Assembly: GCA_029262295.1 (NCBI GenBank)
Contig: JAJCZR010000050.1
Span: 8,411-72,410 of the forward strand
Length of the DNA stretch: 64,000 bases
Reading direction: 5' to 3'
From: Deltaproteobacteria bacterium
GTDB lineage: Bacteria; Desulfobacterota_D; UBA1144; Nemesobacterales; Nemesobacteraceae
The position numbers were made by a program, and so were the translations under genes. The notes beneath the pieces were generated by a model, which saw only the letters and a program-made list of their open reading frames with translations, was not told the origin of the DNA and did not search any database. Shown piece after piece: positions 19,398-28,120 of the stretch. Numbering within the stretch: the stretch's first letter is position 1; each line of letters opens with the position of its first letter.

Positions 19398-20705
19398 ATG
19401 AATGGATATTTATCAAAAATCTTAATAATACCAATTATTTTCCTATTGGTTCTTTTTGCTTTTCAGTTCGACTCTTCTGCAAAAAAATATAATAAGTATA
19501 AAGCAGATAAATATAAGACTTATAATCAAGGTGATTCAGACTCCGATAGTGATTCTGACTCAGACTCTGATTCTGATAGCGACTCTGACAGTGATGGTGA
19601 CAGTAATACTAATTTACCTGTAGTCAGCACCTGTATTGATGAACTTGATAATGAAGGTATAAACTGGGCTACTGGTGTATTTGATTTTTTGCAAGGAACA
19701 AGACTAGATAGTACTCCTGTTTTGCTGGAAAGAAGTAACCCGGAAAATGCACTTGGTTTACCTGAAATGGTTATTGCACCACCTTTAGTTGGAAATGAGT
19801 TTTTTGGCCCTGGATATTTTCTTAACATTCCTGGAGATCAGGTGTTTGGTGGTTTTGTTGAACTTATATTTGGTGGAAGCATTGGAAGTTCTACAACACA
19901 AAGATTTTGCGATGTAGAAGGAATCGATATTGTGATTCAGGAAACAACCTTTTTTAGAGACATATTCCCAATTGAGACAGCACAAGTTGAAGCATGTATA
20001 GAAGCTGGAAATGATGCAACATGTGTTGTAATAGAAAACGTAACTAATGAACAGGGCGGCGATGGAAGAATTGGAATTGATATAAATGGTGCACTTGACG
20101 CATTCGGTGGCTGTGCGGAAAGTTTAATAGTTACTGATTTCACACAAAAAAGCCTTCATGTTGGTGAATCATGTGGATACGATATTGATGGTGTTGGTGT
20201 ATGCGGTTTGGATACAAATATTGAATGTGATGAGTGTGATGGAAAAGTTACAGAACTAACACTTAAATATCTTGGTTCAAACGAAGCTGAAATTGAAGTG
20301 ATTCAAAAGAAAGATGGTGATGTAGTCTTTAGTAATACTGTACAACCTGATGGAGAATTCACTTTTGCAGGAACATGGAAAAAAGGAACACTAGGCACAG
20401 AAATAAAGGTTTTTGTTGATGGATATTTGAATACAAAAATTCATACAAGCTGTTCCAGGCCAATAGGACCAGGGCTAATTAGTGGTGATTTTGAGATTGT
20501 GGAGGGATTCAGTCGAAATAATGACCTCCCACTTTGTCCTGCAGATTTTGAAGATGATGATAGCGACTCTGACTCAGACTCTGATGGAGATTCTGATTCC
20601 GATTCAGACAGTGATAGTGATGGAAACAATAATGACAGCAACCAGAATCAGGAAGATAGCGATTCTGATTCTGATAGTGACAGCGACAAAAAAGGTAAAA
20701 AATAA
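19398..20705 (+). CDS. secreted Cys-rich protein flanked by N- and C-terminal Ser-Asp (SD) dipeptide repeats
   Basis: A signal peptide MNGYLSKILIIPIIFLLVLFAFQFDSSA is followed by (DS)9-DGDS. A central ~320 aa domain with many Cys follows, then a DDD(SD)n...(DS)5 tail ending KKGKK. Confidence 0.75.
   Translation: MNGYLSKILIIPIIFLLVLFAFQFDSSAKKYNKYKADKYKTYNQGDSDSDSDSDSDSDSDSDSDSDGDSNTNLPVVSTCIDELDNEGINWATGVFDFLQGTRLDSTPVLLERSNPENALGLPEMVIAPPLVGNEFFGPGYFLNIPGDQVFGGFVELIFGGSIGSSTTQRFCDVEGIDIVIQETTFFRDIFPIETAQVEACIEAGNDATCVVIENVTNEQGGDGRIGIDINGALDAFGGCAESLIVTDFTQKSLHVGESCGYDIDGVGVCGLDTNIECDECDGKVTELTLKYLGSNEAEIEVIQKKDGDVVFSNTVQPDGEFTFAGTWKKGTLGTEIKVFVDGYLNTKIHTSCSRPIGPGLISGDFEIVEGFSRNNDLPLCPADFEDDDSDSDSDSDGDSDSDSDSDSDGNNNDSNQNQEDSDSDSDSDSDKKGKK
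19533..19598 (+). repeat. N-terminal Ser-Asp coding tandem repeat (GAY-TCN/AGY hexanucleotide units)
   Basis: The tract gattcagactccgatagtgattctgactcagactctgattctgatagcgactctgacagtgatggtgacagt encodes DSDSDSDSDSDSDSDSDSDGDS. Confidence 0.85.
20553..20687 (+). repeat. C-terminal acidic Ser-Asp coding tandem repeat, interrupted by an NNNDSNQNQE spacer
   Basis: It encodes DDDSDSDSDSDGDSDSDSDSDSDGNNNDSNQNQEDSDSDSDSDSD. Confidence 0.85.
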
Positions 20706-20747
20706 AACCAAATAAACAATAGATTTATTTGTGTATGCTTGATAGTT

Positions 20748-20781
20748 TAGAGGCCTGGTTTTTTAGTCAGGTCTCTTTTTT
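20748..20781. terminator. bidirectional Rho-independent terminator between convergent genes
   Basis: AGAGGCCTGG (20748-20757) pairs with GTCAGGTCTCT across an 8-nt loop, giving a ~10 bp stem with two G-U pairs. It is followed by TTTTTTATT. Confidence 0.6.
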
Positions 20782-20791
20782 ATTATTAGAA

Positions 20792-22087
20792 CTAATTGAA
20801 AATTAAGTTTTCATAAAACTTTTTATATCTTCCAGACTGGATTTTTAAATCATATTTATCTATGGCAGATTTTCTTGCATTAATAGACATTTGAGCAAGT
20901 TTTTTTTCATTATTTAACAGCAGTCTCAAACTTTTTTTAAGATCTACTACGCTTCTTCCTTTTAATATCATTCCATTGAAATCATTTGTAATAATTTCAG
21001 GAATGCCGCCTACCTCAAAACTTACTACTGGTGTACCACAAGAAATTGATTCAATAACTGTATTTGGCAGATTGTCTTGGATTGAAGTGATTAAAAAGAG
21101 ATCCGCCGCGCTATACAAAATTGATAACAAAATATCATCAGTTATGAAACCGAGGTGCTTATAATTTTTGTTTTCAATATCTAATTTTCCACTTCCAAAA
21201 CTTGCTACAAATAAGTCATCATCATTAATATTTTTCAGTGCTTCTTTAGCAATGGAATAACCCTTTCTTTCAGTTTTTAAAGAATATGAACCGATTAAAA
21301 TTATCTTTTTATATATTGGTAATTCTAATATTCTTCTTGCTGTGACTTTGTCTCTTGGCTGAAAGCTATTAGTATCAATACTGTTTGGTATAACTGTGGA
21401 ATTACATCCTGAAAAGAGATAGCTATTATCTAATTTGCTTTTCAGCCATTTACTTGGACTCACAAAATTTAGTTTTTTATTTCGCATGTCGTTTAATGTC
21501 TTATTTTTTGAGACTATTGCGTTACGTGTGATATCATTTGCAATTTCAGAATTAAGCTGTGGACATTTTCCGCATCTAGTTTGGAACCTTTCACACCCAT
21601 TATCGTAGTGACAACCACCTGTAAAAGGATTCATATCATGAAGTGTCCATACTATTGGAATGTTTTTGGGGAAATTAAGGAAAAAAGAATTGAAATCAAG
21701 AAAACCTGATACCCAATGTAAATTCACTAAGTCGTAATTATCTACATAATTTACAAGCTCTTTGTATATTGAGTGATGCGTGGTGAATATTTCATAATTA
21801 CAAATGTCGTGATTTGAAATTTTCTTTAATTTGTGATCGACTTTAAGTTTTCTATAATTTTTTATTGCTCTACTATAAATACTATTACTAGTTTCATAGG
21901 GTATTATAAAATCATTATTAATGTTTTTATCTAAGACAAGTAGTTTAGAACTTATACCATTATCATTTAACGATTGATTGAGTCTGAAAGCTGCCTTAGC
22001 CGCCCCTCCTTTGTTATCCGAATAGTTTATTTGTAGTATTTTCATTTCTAAAGGGATTAAATTGTGTTCTCCATAAATTAATTGCAT
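20792..22087 (-). CDS. glycosyltransferase family 4 (GT-B) with internal four-Cys insertion
   Basis: The C-terminal GT4 signature is CGTPVVSFEVGGIPEII. An unusual insertion reads CHYDNGCERFQTRCGKCPQ. The likely start is the internal MKILQIN at ~22045, because the annotated 5' end overlaps the upstream gene. Confidence 0.75.
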   Translation of the reverse strand: MQLIYGEHNLIPLEMKILQINYSDNKGGAAKAAFRLNQSLNDNGISSKLLVLDKNINNDFIIPYETSNSIYSRAIKNYRKLKVDHKLKKISNHDICNYEIFTTHHSIYKELVNYVDNYDLVNLHWVSGFLDFNSFFLNFPKNIPIVWTLHDMNPFTGGCHYDNGCERFQTRCGKCPQLNSEIANDITRNAIVSKNKTLNDMRNKKLNFVSPSKWLKSKLDNSYLFSGCNSTVIPNSIDTNSFQPRDKVTARRILELPIYKKIILIGSYSLKTERKGYSIAKEALKNINDDDLFVASFGSGKLDIENKNYKHLGFITDDILLSILYSAADLFLITSIQDNLPNTVIESISCGTPVVSFEVGGIPEIITNDFNGMILKGRSVVDLKKSLRLLLNNEKKLAQMSINARKSAIDKYDLKIQSGRYKKFYENLIFN

Positions 22088-23021
22088 TTGTATCCAATTT
22101 TATTTTAATTGGCGGGGAATTATTAATCCACTTTATTAATCCTGGAAAATCATTTCTTTTTATTGTAGGTAAATTTGTATCAAGAAATATCTCAGCTGCC
22201 CTATTGTCTACCTCAATAATTATAGACCTTTTCTTGGATAAAAGGCACTTTATTCCACCATGAAGCCTTGTACCAATATAATCAAAATCAATTCCGCTAT
22301 CTATAAAATCATTTAAGTCTTTTGTGGTGTTTTTTAAGATGGATATTTTACTTTTATCCTCAATCAATCCGGATAAGTAGGTGATATCATCGCTCCCCTG
22401 AGGCCAGAAAAAAACCTTATCATAGTTTTCCCTAACAATTTTCAATAGATTTTTATCCATCTCGGGATCTTTTGCATAATCAGTCAGCATAACCAATACA
22501 TTTTGTGCTTTTTCTTTTGGAAAACAATTGGCAGTATAATCTTTAAGCGGCCACATCGTCGGGCAACCTGTATTAATAACATTACTTATACCGGCAGAGT
22601 TAAGTTTGTTTTTTGCATAGCTGTCTCTAACTGAGTGATAAATTTTTTTTGACAGTAAAAAATTCAAAAAAAATCTGCTAAAAATGTTTGGATGCCCCTG
22701 ATAAGAATGCCAGCCTACACCAAGTAATATTACCCTTGGTAATCTGAGCATCTGTCTTGTGGATATTCTCCACTGTCTGTATTTATCAAGATTGGATGAA
22801 AGAAGATTAGTTCCTCCCACAAAAATGAATGAACACTCCTTTGATTTTTTAATTAATTCTTCTGTGGGAAAATCATGTGTTGATATTCTAAGAAATTCAT
22901 AATTTTTAAAGATATTTTGAATTTCCCTTTCCACCGCCTCTTGAATAAAAACATCTCCGAGATTGGAACTGAGAGCTCCTTCATTATTTGCAATACCAGT
23001 ATCAAACAAACAGATTTTCAT
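22014..23021 (-). CDS. polysaccharide pyruvyl transferase family protein (CsaB/WcaK-like)
   Basis: It has the PS_pyruv_trans fold, starting MKICLFDTGIANNEGALSSNLGDVFIQEA, with GTRLHGGI in the C-terminal half. Confidence 0.7.
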   Translation of the reverse strand: MKICLFDTGIANNEGALSSNLGDVFIQEAVEREIQNIFKNYEFLRISTHDFPTEELIKKSKECSFIFVGGTNLLSSNLDKYRQWRISTRQMLRLPRVILLGVGWHSYQGHPNIFSRFFLNFLLSKKIYHSVRDSYAKNKLNSAGISNVINTGCPTMWPLKDYTANCFPKEKAQNVLVMLTDYAKDPEMDKNLLKIVRENYDKVFFWPQGSDDITYLSGLIEDKSKISILKNTTKDLNDFIDSGIDFDYIGTRLHGGIKCLLSKKRSIIIEVDNRAAEIFLDTNLPTIKRNDFPGLIKWINNSPPIKIKLDTNAINLWRTQFNPFRNENTTNKLFG

Positions 23022-23051
23022 TATTTATATTTGGTGCCCCTACTCTATTTC

Positions 23052-23477
23052 TTATAACAAAAAGTTTAATATCTCTTTTTCCTTATCTCTCATTGTTTCT
23101 CTTTCTTTTTTCTTTTTATGATCATGACCTAAAAGATGAAGTATTCCATGGACAAGGAGTTTTTTTAGTTCTTGTTTGATTGTTATCTCATATTTTTTGC
23201 TGTGCCTGAGAGCTGTCTCATAAGATATAACTAAATCGCCAAGAACATTGTTGTTTGTTCCAAACTGTTGGGAAAATGAAAGTATATCTGTGGCCCTGTC
23301 TATATTTCGATAATCTTTGTTGAGCTTTCGTATTTGCACATCATTAACTACTGACAGGCTCAACTCTGTTTCATTTGGCAGATTTAAAAAACTTAATATT
23401 TTTTTTGAGTCTTGAACCATTTCTTTTTTTTGATGGTTATCCAAAAAATTCTCTTTATCTAAAATATCAATTTCCAT
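23052..23477 (-). CDS. ybeY: rRNA maturation endoribonuclease YbeY
   Basis: The protein is 141 aa with the H-x-H-x5-H zinc motif in VHGILHLLGHDH. Confidence 0.9.
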   Translation of the reverse strand: MEIDILDKENFLDNHQKKEMVQDSKKILSFLNLPNETELSLSVVNDVQIRKLNKDYRNIDRATDILSFSQQFGTNNNVLGDLVISYETALRHSKKYEITIKQELKKLLVHGILHLLGHDHKKKKERETMRDKEKEILNFLL

Positions 23478-23534
23478 AGCTAATTAATATATTTTAATTT
23501 TGTATGAATTTAAAACAGTGCTAAAATCATTGCC

Positions 23535-24872
23535 ATGAATGAATTCATAAAAAATACCAGAAATTTTTTCACTCAATCCTCCAGCTTTATTAACACAGTA
23601 TTTAAAAAGGCAATAAAGAATAGACATCTTCTGAATGTAGTCAATTTCTTTAGTTTTCTGTTTAAAGAGACAAACAAAAACGAACTTGCGATCAGGGCAA
23701 TGAGCATGGTGTATATCACCCTACTCTCTTTGGTGCCGCTTCTGGCACTTAGCTTCTCAATACTAAAGGCATTTGGTGTTGTCCAAAATAAATTTCAGCC
23801 ATTACTCATCAGGTTTCTGGACCCTCTTGGGGAGAAAGGGATCGAGATAAGCAACCAGATACTTGAGTTTATTGATAGGACCAACTTTGGTGTCTTGGGT
23901 TTTGTTGGGCTTTTGGTGCTGCTTTACACAGTATTTTCTCTTATAAATAAAATTGAGAGTTCACTTAATAAAATTTGGAAAGTAGGTAAAGGCAGAAGTA
24001 TAGCAAGAAGGTTTAGCGACTATATTAGCATTACTCTTATCGGACCTGTGATAATGTTTGCTGCGATTGGTTTAACAGCATCATTAGCGAGTAATACTAT
24101 TGTCCAGAAGCTTTTATCTTATGAGATCATTGGCAGTTTGATTATAATTTGGGGCAAACTGCTCCCTCTAATAATTGTTTCACTATTTTTTACGTTTATC
24201 TACAAACTTGTGCCAAATACAGAGGTGAAACTAAGATCTGCATTAATTGGAGGAATTATTGCCGGAATTTCATGGCAGTTTGCCGGGTGGATATTTGCAT
24301 ACGTTGTAAAGGAATCAACACAAAAGGTTGAAATCTACTCAAGCCTCGCAATTTTAATATTTTTTATGATGTGGCTCTACATCAACTGGTTAATAGTACT
24401 ATTAGGGGCACAAATAGCCTTTTGTTTTCAAAATTTGAGATCCTACAGACTTGGAAAACTAGCTTCAAATATTGGCACAGATTTAAAAGAGAAGCTTTCC
24501 CTGATAGTTATGTACCTGATCGGGAAGAACTATTTTTACGGACGTGAAAAATGGACAGTCAATAAACTTGTAGACCACTTGAGCATACCTCATGACACAG
24601 TATTGGATTGTATTGATAAGCTTGTTGAAAATAATCTTTTAACAGAGACTGATGTAGAGGAAAATGAATATTTACCAAATAAGTCACTAGAGACTATAAA
24701 GTTAAAAGAAATACTATATTCAGTAAGAAAAACAAAGAATAACAAAAGCTTACAAGATAACTTTAAAGTTATTTCTGAAGTTAACAGAGTGTCCGAAAAT
24801 ATTGAAAACGCTATAAGTGACACTCTGGAAAATAAAACTTTAAGAGATATTATAGACGAAAAATCTTTCTAA
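23535..24872 (+). CDS. YihY/BrkB (ribonuclease BN-like) family membrane protein with C-terminal winged-helix-like extension
   Basis: It has six TM segments typical of YihY (LIGPVIMFAAIGL and others) plus a ~130 aa soluble C-terminal tail. Confidence 0.75.
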   Translation: MNEFIKNTRNFFTQSSSFINTVFKKAIKNRHLLNVVNFFSFLFKETNKNELAIRAMSMVYITLLSLVPLLALSFSILKAFGVVQNKFQPLLIRFLDPLGEKGIEISNQILEFIDRTNFGVLGFVGLLVLLYTVFSLINKIESSLNKIWKVGKGRSIARRFSDYISITLIGPVIMFAAIGLTASLASNTIVQKLLSYEIIGSLIIIWGKLLPLIIVSLFFTFIYKLVPNTEVKLRSALIGGIIAGISWQFAGWIFAYVVKESTQKVEIYSSLAILIFFMMWLYINWLIVLLGAQIAFCFQNLRSYRLGKLASNIGTDLKEKLSLIVMYLIGKNYFYGREKWTVNKLVDHLSIPHDTVLDCIDKLVENNLLTETDVEENEYLPNKSLETIKLKEILYSVRKTKNNKSLQDNFKVISEVNRVSENIENAISDTLENKTLRDIIDEKSF

Positions 24873-25786
24873 AAAAGTGTAATTCCGCTGAAATAATAGT
24901 AGATCACTGTTATATAGTATGCACAGGGGAACACAAAAATCAGGCTATCAAATCTGTCGAGAATACCACCATGACCCGGGAGGATCGATCCTGAGTCCTT
25001 TACACCAGCCCCCCTTTTAATAGCTGATTCAAAAAGATCACCAAAAATGGCGGCTATTGATACAACAAGTCCGTAGAGTAATGCCCATTTATGAGGAATA
25101 GGACAGGAAAAAACCATATTTGTTAACACTGCGCCCACTAAAGAAAAAATAAAACCGCCAATAGTGCCTTCAACTGTTTTCCCGGGGCTAATATATGGTG
25201 CAAGCTTTATTCTTCCAATCTTGTTTCCAATACTAAATCCACCCGTATCATTCAAGAAAGTGCATGTAACAACTAAAGCGATAAAAAAGAATCCCGGATT
25301 CTCTAATCCCTGGGTTTCTGTTGAATATGCAACAATTGCTTCATTATTAGATATATTCCGAAGTAGTATTGCATGCGCAAGCATCCATCCAAAATAAAGT
25401 AGTGAAAAGAGGTTTAAACCAAGGTTAAGGAGGCAATTACTGAAATCTTTTGTATGAAATTCAAAGATAACAGAGATTATTATAAAAAGTGTGAGAAACA
25501 TCTTTAAGTAGATTGGGCTTTGAAATGCACCAAGAATCAGCAGTGTACAAATAGTAAGTATATAACCTCTTCTCAGCTTTGATATATGCATTTTTGCAAA
25601 ATCAAAAAACTCAATTGAAGAAAGAATTGATATTCCCAGAACAAGAAGAAGAAAATAAAAACCACCAAGATAAAATGTAATATACAGAAGCGGGATGGCA
25701 ACAAATGCCGTCATTAATCTTTTTTTAAGGTTTTTCATGATAAAATAATTCCAATCAATATACATGGAAAGAACCACAAGGGACAC
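24869..25786 (-). CDS. cdsA: phosphatidate cytidylyltransferase
   Basis: It is a polytopic membrane protein with the CTP_transf_1 signature SAIKRGAGVKDSGSILPGHGGILDRFDSL. Confidence 0.9.
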   Translation of the reverse strand: MSLVVLSMYIDWNYFIMKNLKKRLMTAFVAIPLLYITFYLGGFYFLLLVLGISILSSIEFFDFAKMHISKLRRGYILTICTLLILGAFQSPIYLKMFLTLFIIISVIFEFHTKDFSNCLLNLGLNLFSLLYFGWMLAHAILLRNISNNEAIVAYSTETQGLENPGFFFIALVVTCTFLNDTGGFSIGNKIGRIKLAPYISPGKTVEGTIGGFIFSLVGAVLTNMVFSCPIPHKWALLYGLVVSIAAIFGDLFESAIKRGAGVKDSGSILPGHGGILDRFDSLIFVFPCAYYITVIYYYFSGITLF

Positions 25787-25790
25787 TTAA

Positions 25791-26540
25791 ATGCCTATTA
25801 ATTTATATAGTAATATTAATATTCCGATGAAAATTGCCATATTTGCATCCGGAAGCGGAACAAATTTTGAAAAGATATATGAAAGGCAAAAACAACTTGA
25901 GAAACAAAGTGAAATTAATTTTGCAAACGTAAACCTTGTATTCTCAAATAACCCAGACGCTGAAGTTTTAAAGAAGGCTGAAAGTTACGGGATTAAAACC
26001 ATCTCACTCAGTTCAAAAAAGTTTTTTGAACTTCTTGGGGAATCTCCTAATAATGAAAGCCATAGAAAAACTTATGATGCCGCTGTTATTTCTTTAATTG
26101 AGCAATATTTGAAACCCGATCTGATAGTCCTTGCAGGATACAGAAGAAAGTTAAGTGAGCTTTTTATAAACAAATATAAAAACAAAATAATAAATCTTTA
26201 CCCTGGGGATATAACAAAGAACTACCTTGTGACTGGAAAACAGGCTTTTGTGCAAGCTGTAGAAAACAATGAAGATAGCTTAAGGTGTACGTGTTATATC
26301 GAGAATGAACCCACTAAAAGATTTGGAACAGCAATTGCGCAATCCAAGAAAATTTCTCTTAAAAATCATTCTAAGAACAAAACAGCCGATATTGGTAAGA
26401 AAATAAGGGAAGAAGGTGAATGGCAACTATTTCCGTTTGTCGTTCATGATTTAATTGCAAATGGGAGAGTAAAGATTGATGAAAAAAATATTGTATATGT
26501 AGACGGAAAGAAAATGAATGAAAAAGGATTTCTTTTATAA
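25791..26540 (+). CDS. formyltransferase-fold protein (PurN-like) with non-canonical active-site motif
   Basis: From MKIAIFASGSGTNFE (~25827) and DLIVLAGYRRKL it matches GAR transformylase. The catalytic N-x-H-x-SLLP motif is replaced by NLYPGDITKNY. Confidence 0.55.
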   Translation: MPINLYSNINIPMKIAIFASGSGTNFEKIYERQKQLEKQSEINFANVNLVFSNNPDAEVLKKAESYGIKTISLSSKKFFELLGESPNNESHRKTYDAAVISLIEQYLKPDLIVLAGYRRKLSELFINKYKNKIINLYPGDITKNYLVTGKQAFVQAVENNEDSLRCTCYIENEPTKRFGTAIAQSKKISLKNHSKNKTADIGKKIREEGEWQLFPFVVHDLIANGRVKIDEKNIVYVDGKKMNEKGFLL

Positions 26541-27794
26541 ATGAAGTTCTTCATATTGTGGTCCATCTGGCCTTGATCTGCAGAGTGCATTGGCAAATGA
26601 AAGATCATTATCCGTCTTTCCATTTATTATCATGTCCACAAGAGCTTTAGAAGCCCCATAAGAGATCATAAGCCCCCTACCCGTGTGACCCACACATTCA
26701 AAAATATTGTTTAATCCCGGCACTTTCCCAATGTAGCCTGATCTGTCGGGAGTTTCCCCATAAATTCCTGCCCAGCCCCTTATGAATTTTAAATTTTCAA
26801 ATAAAGAGCTTCTTTTTACAAGCGGTTTCCAAACATATTTTATAAATGGGCTTTCTTCATCGTAGGAAAAAAAATCAAATTTAAAGTTAACCCCAAATGG
26901 CTCGTCCATATTTGAATAACCAACTAATATATTTTCACCTTCACTGTGAAAATATATGTCGGATGTGTCAATTATCATTCCGTAATTACTGAGATCAATT
27001 TCAGGGCAACTAATTAACTCAAGCTGTCTTCTTCTCGGTTTATTCTCGTCTTCATCAAACCCATATAGAGATGATAATTTAGAAGACCATGCACCTGTGC
27101 AGTTTATAAGAGTGTTAAAATCAAATTCATTTATTTTCGTATCAGCTTTTGATTCATCTTTTAAAATTTCCTTGATTTTCTCACTATCGTTATGCTTGAG
27201 AATATGAGAAAAATCTTTTGTTAAAACTTTCTTGCCAATTCCATTTGAAACTTCAACGGAAGTTACATATTGTCTGTCAAAAAAATTAACGCCATTCTCT
27301 TTTGCAACTTTTCTAAAATATTCTCTCAGTGAATAATGATCTATTAATCCTGCATTCTTTGATATTGAAAGTCCAAAAATTCCATCTGTATTATCAATAA
27401 AGGGAAGTATCTCTTTTATTTTATTTTTTGAGACAAGTTCAATATCAAGATCAAGGCTTTGATATAGTTTCATATTATTGTTCATCTCTTCCCATGTTTT
27501 TTCGTTGTGAATCCAGTAATAACCTTTTTGTTTAAAGCCTATTTCACTGGATATTTTTTCATAAAATTCTATTGAGTATTTACAGAGTTGGATATTGGAT
27601 GCATTTCTCCATGTGGCTCTAACTCCGCCTGCATTTTTTAGCGTTGATGAAAATTCACCTTCGAGATCCAGATCAAGAACTGCAATTGAAGGACTAATAT
27701 TCATTTCAACTAATCGTTTGGAAAGATGATATGCTACTGCAGAGCCAAGTATGCCTGCTCCAACTATCAGATATTCAAATTTTTGCTTTGCCAT
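26535..27794 (-). CDS. FAD-dependent oxidoreductase (DAO family)
   Basis: The N-terminal dinucleotide-binding motif is YLIVGAGILGSAVAYHL, and a C-terminal GHTGRGL motif is present. The length is 419 aa. Confidence 0.75.
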   Translation of the reverse strand: MAKQKFEYLIVGAGILGSAVAYHLSKRLVEMNISPSIAVLDLDLEGEFSSTLKNAGGVRATWRNASNIQLCKYSIEFYEKISSEIGFKQKGYYWIHNEKTWEEMNNNMKLYQSLDLDIELVSKNKIKEILPFIDNTDGIFGLSISKNAGLIDHYSLREYFRKVAKENGVNFFDRQYVTSVEVSNGIGKKVLTKDFSHILKHNDSEKIKEILKDESKADTKINEFDFNTLINCTGAWSSKLSSLYGFDEDENKPRRRQLELISCPEIDLSNYGMIIDTSDIYFHSEGENILVGYSNMDEPFGVNFKFDFFSYDEESPFIKYVWKPLVKRSSLFENLKFIRGWAGIYGETPDRSGYIGKVPGLNNIFECVGHTGRGLMISYGASKALVDMIINGKTDNDLSFANALCRSRPDGPQYEELHL

Positions 27795-28120
27795 ATAGAT
27801 TAAATTTTAACTAATACAGCAAATTCATCTTATATATTTCTTAGGAAATGTTTTTGGACTAAAAATATTTTTTGTTAAATCAAATTTAGAGGATCATTAC
27901 TAATCAAAAAAACTGAGACAAATAATATCAATTAAGAGAAAAGTGTTGCTATTTTTTATTGTACAATTTTCCATAAGGCAAGAAAGTTGATCCAATCTAA
28001 AGTATAACAAAAACAGAAGTGTTAATAGTTAAACTTACTTATTTTTCTTTGGTTTTTTATTTTGTTTTGATTTTTTCTGCTTATCTCTTTTTGTTTTATC
28101 TTTTAATCCTTTGTCTCCCA

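Noticed and set aside
19277-19492. 71-aa ORF in the leader overlapping the start of the SD-repeat gene
   Set aside because: It overlaps the signal-peptide coding region of the well-supported downstream gene in another frame. It has no RBS and a low-complexity sequence, so it is probably spurious.
22014-22087. 74-nt overlap between the GT4 ORF start and the pyruvyl transferase ORF end
   Set aside because: This is probably an artefact of taking the longest ORF. An internal Met (MKILQIN, ~22045) preceded by a purine-rich stretch is a more plausible start. That reduces but does not remove the overlap. I do not treat it as a frameshift or fusion.
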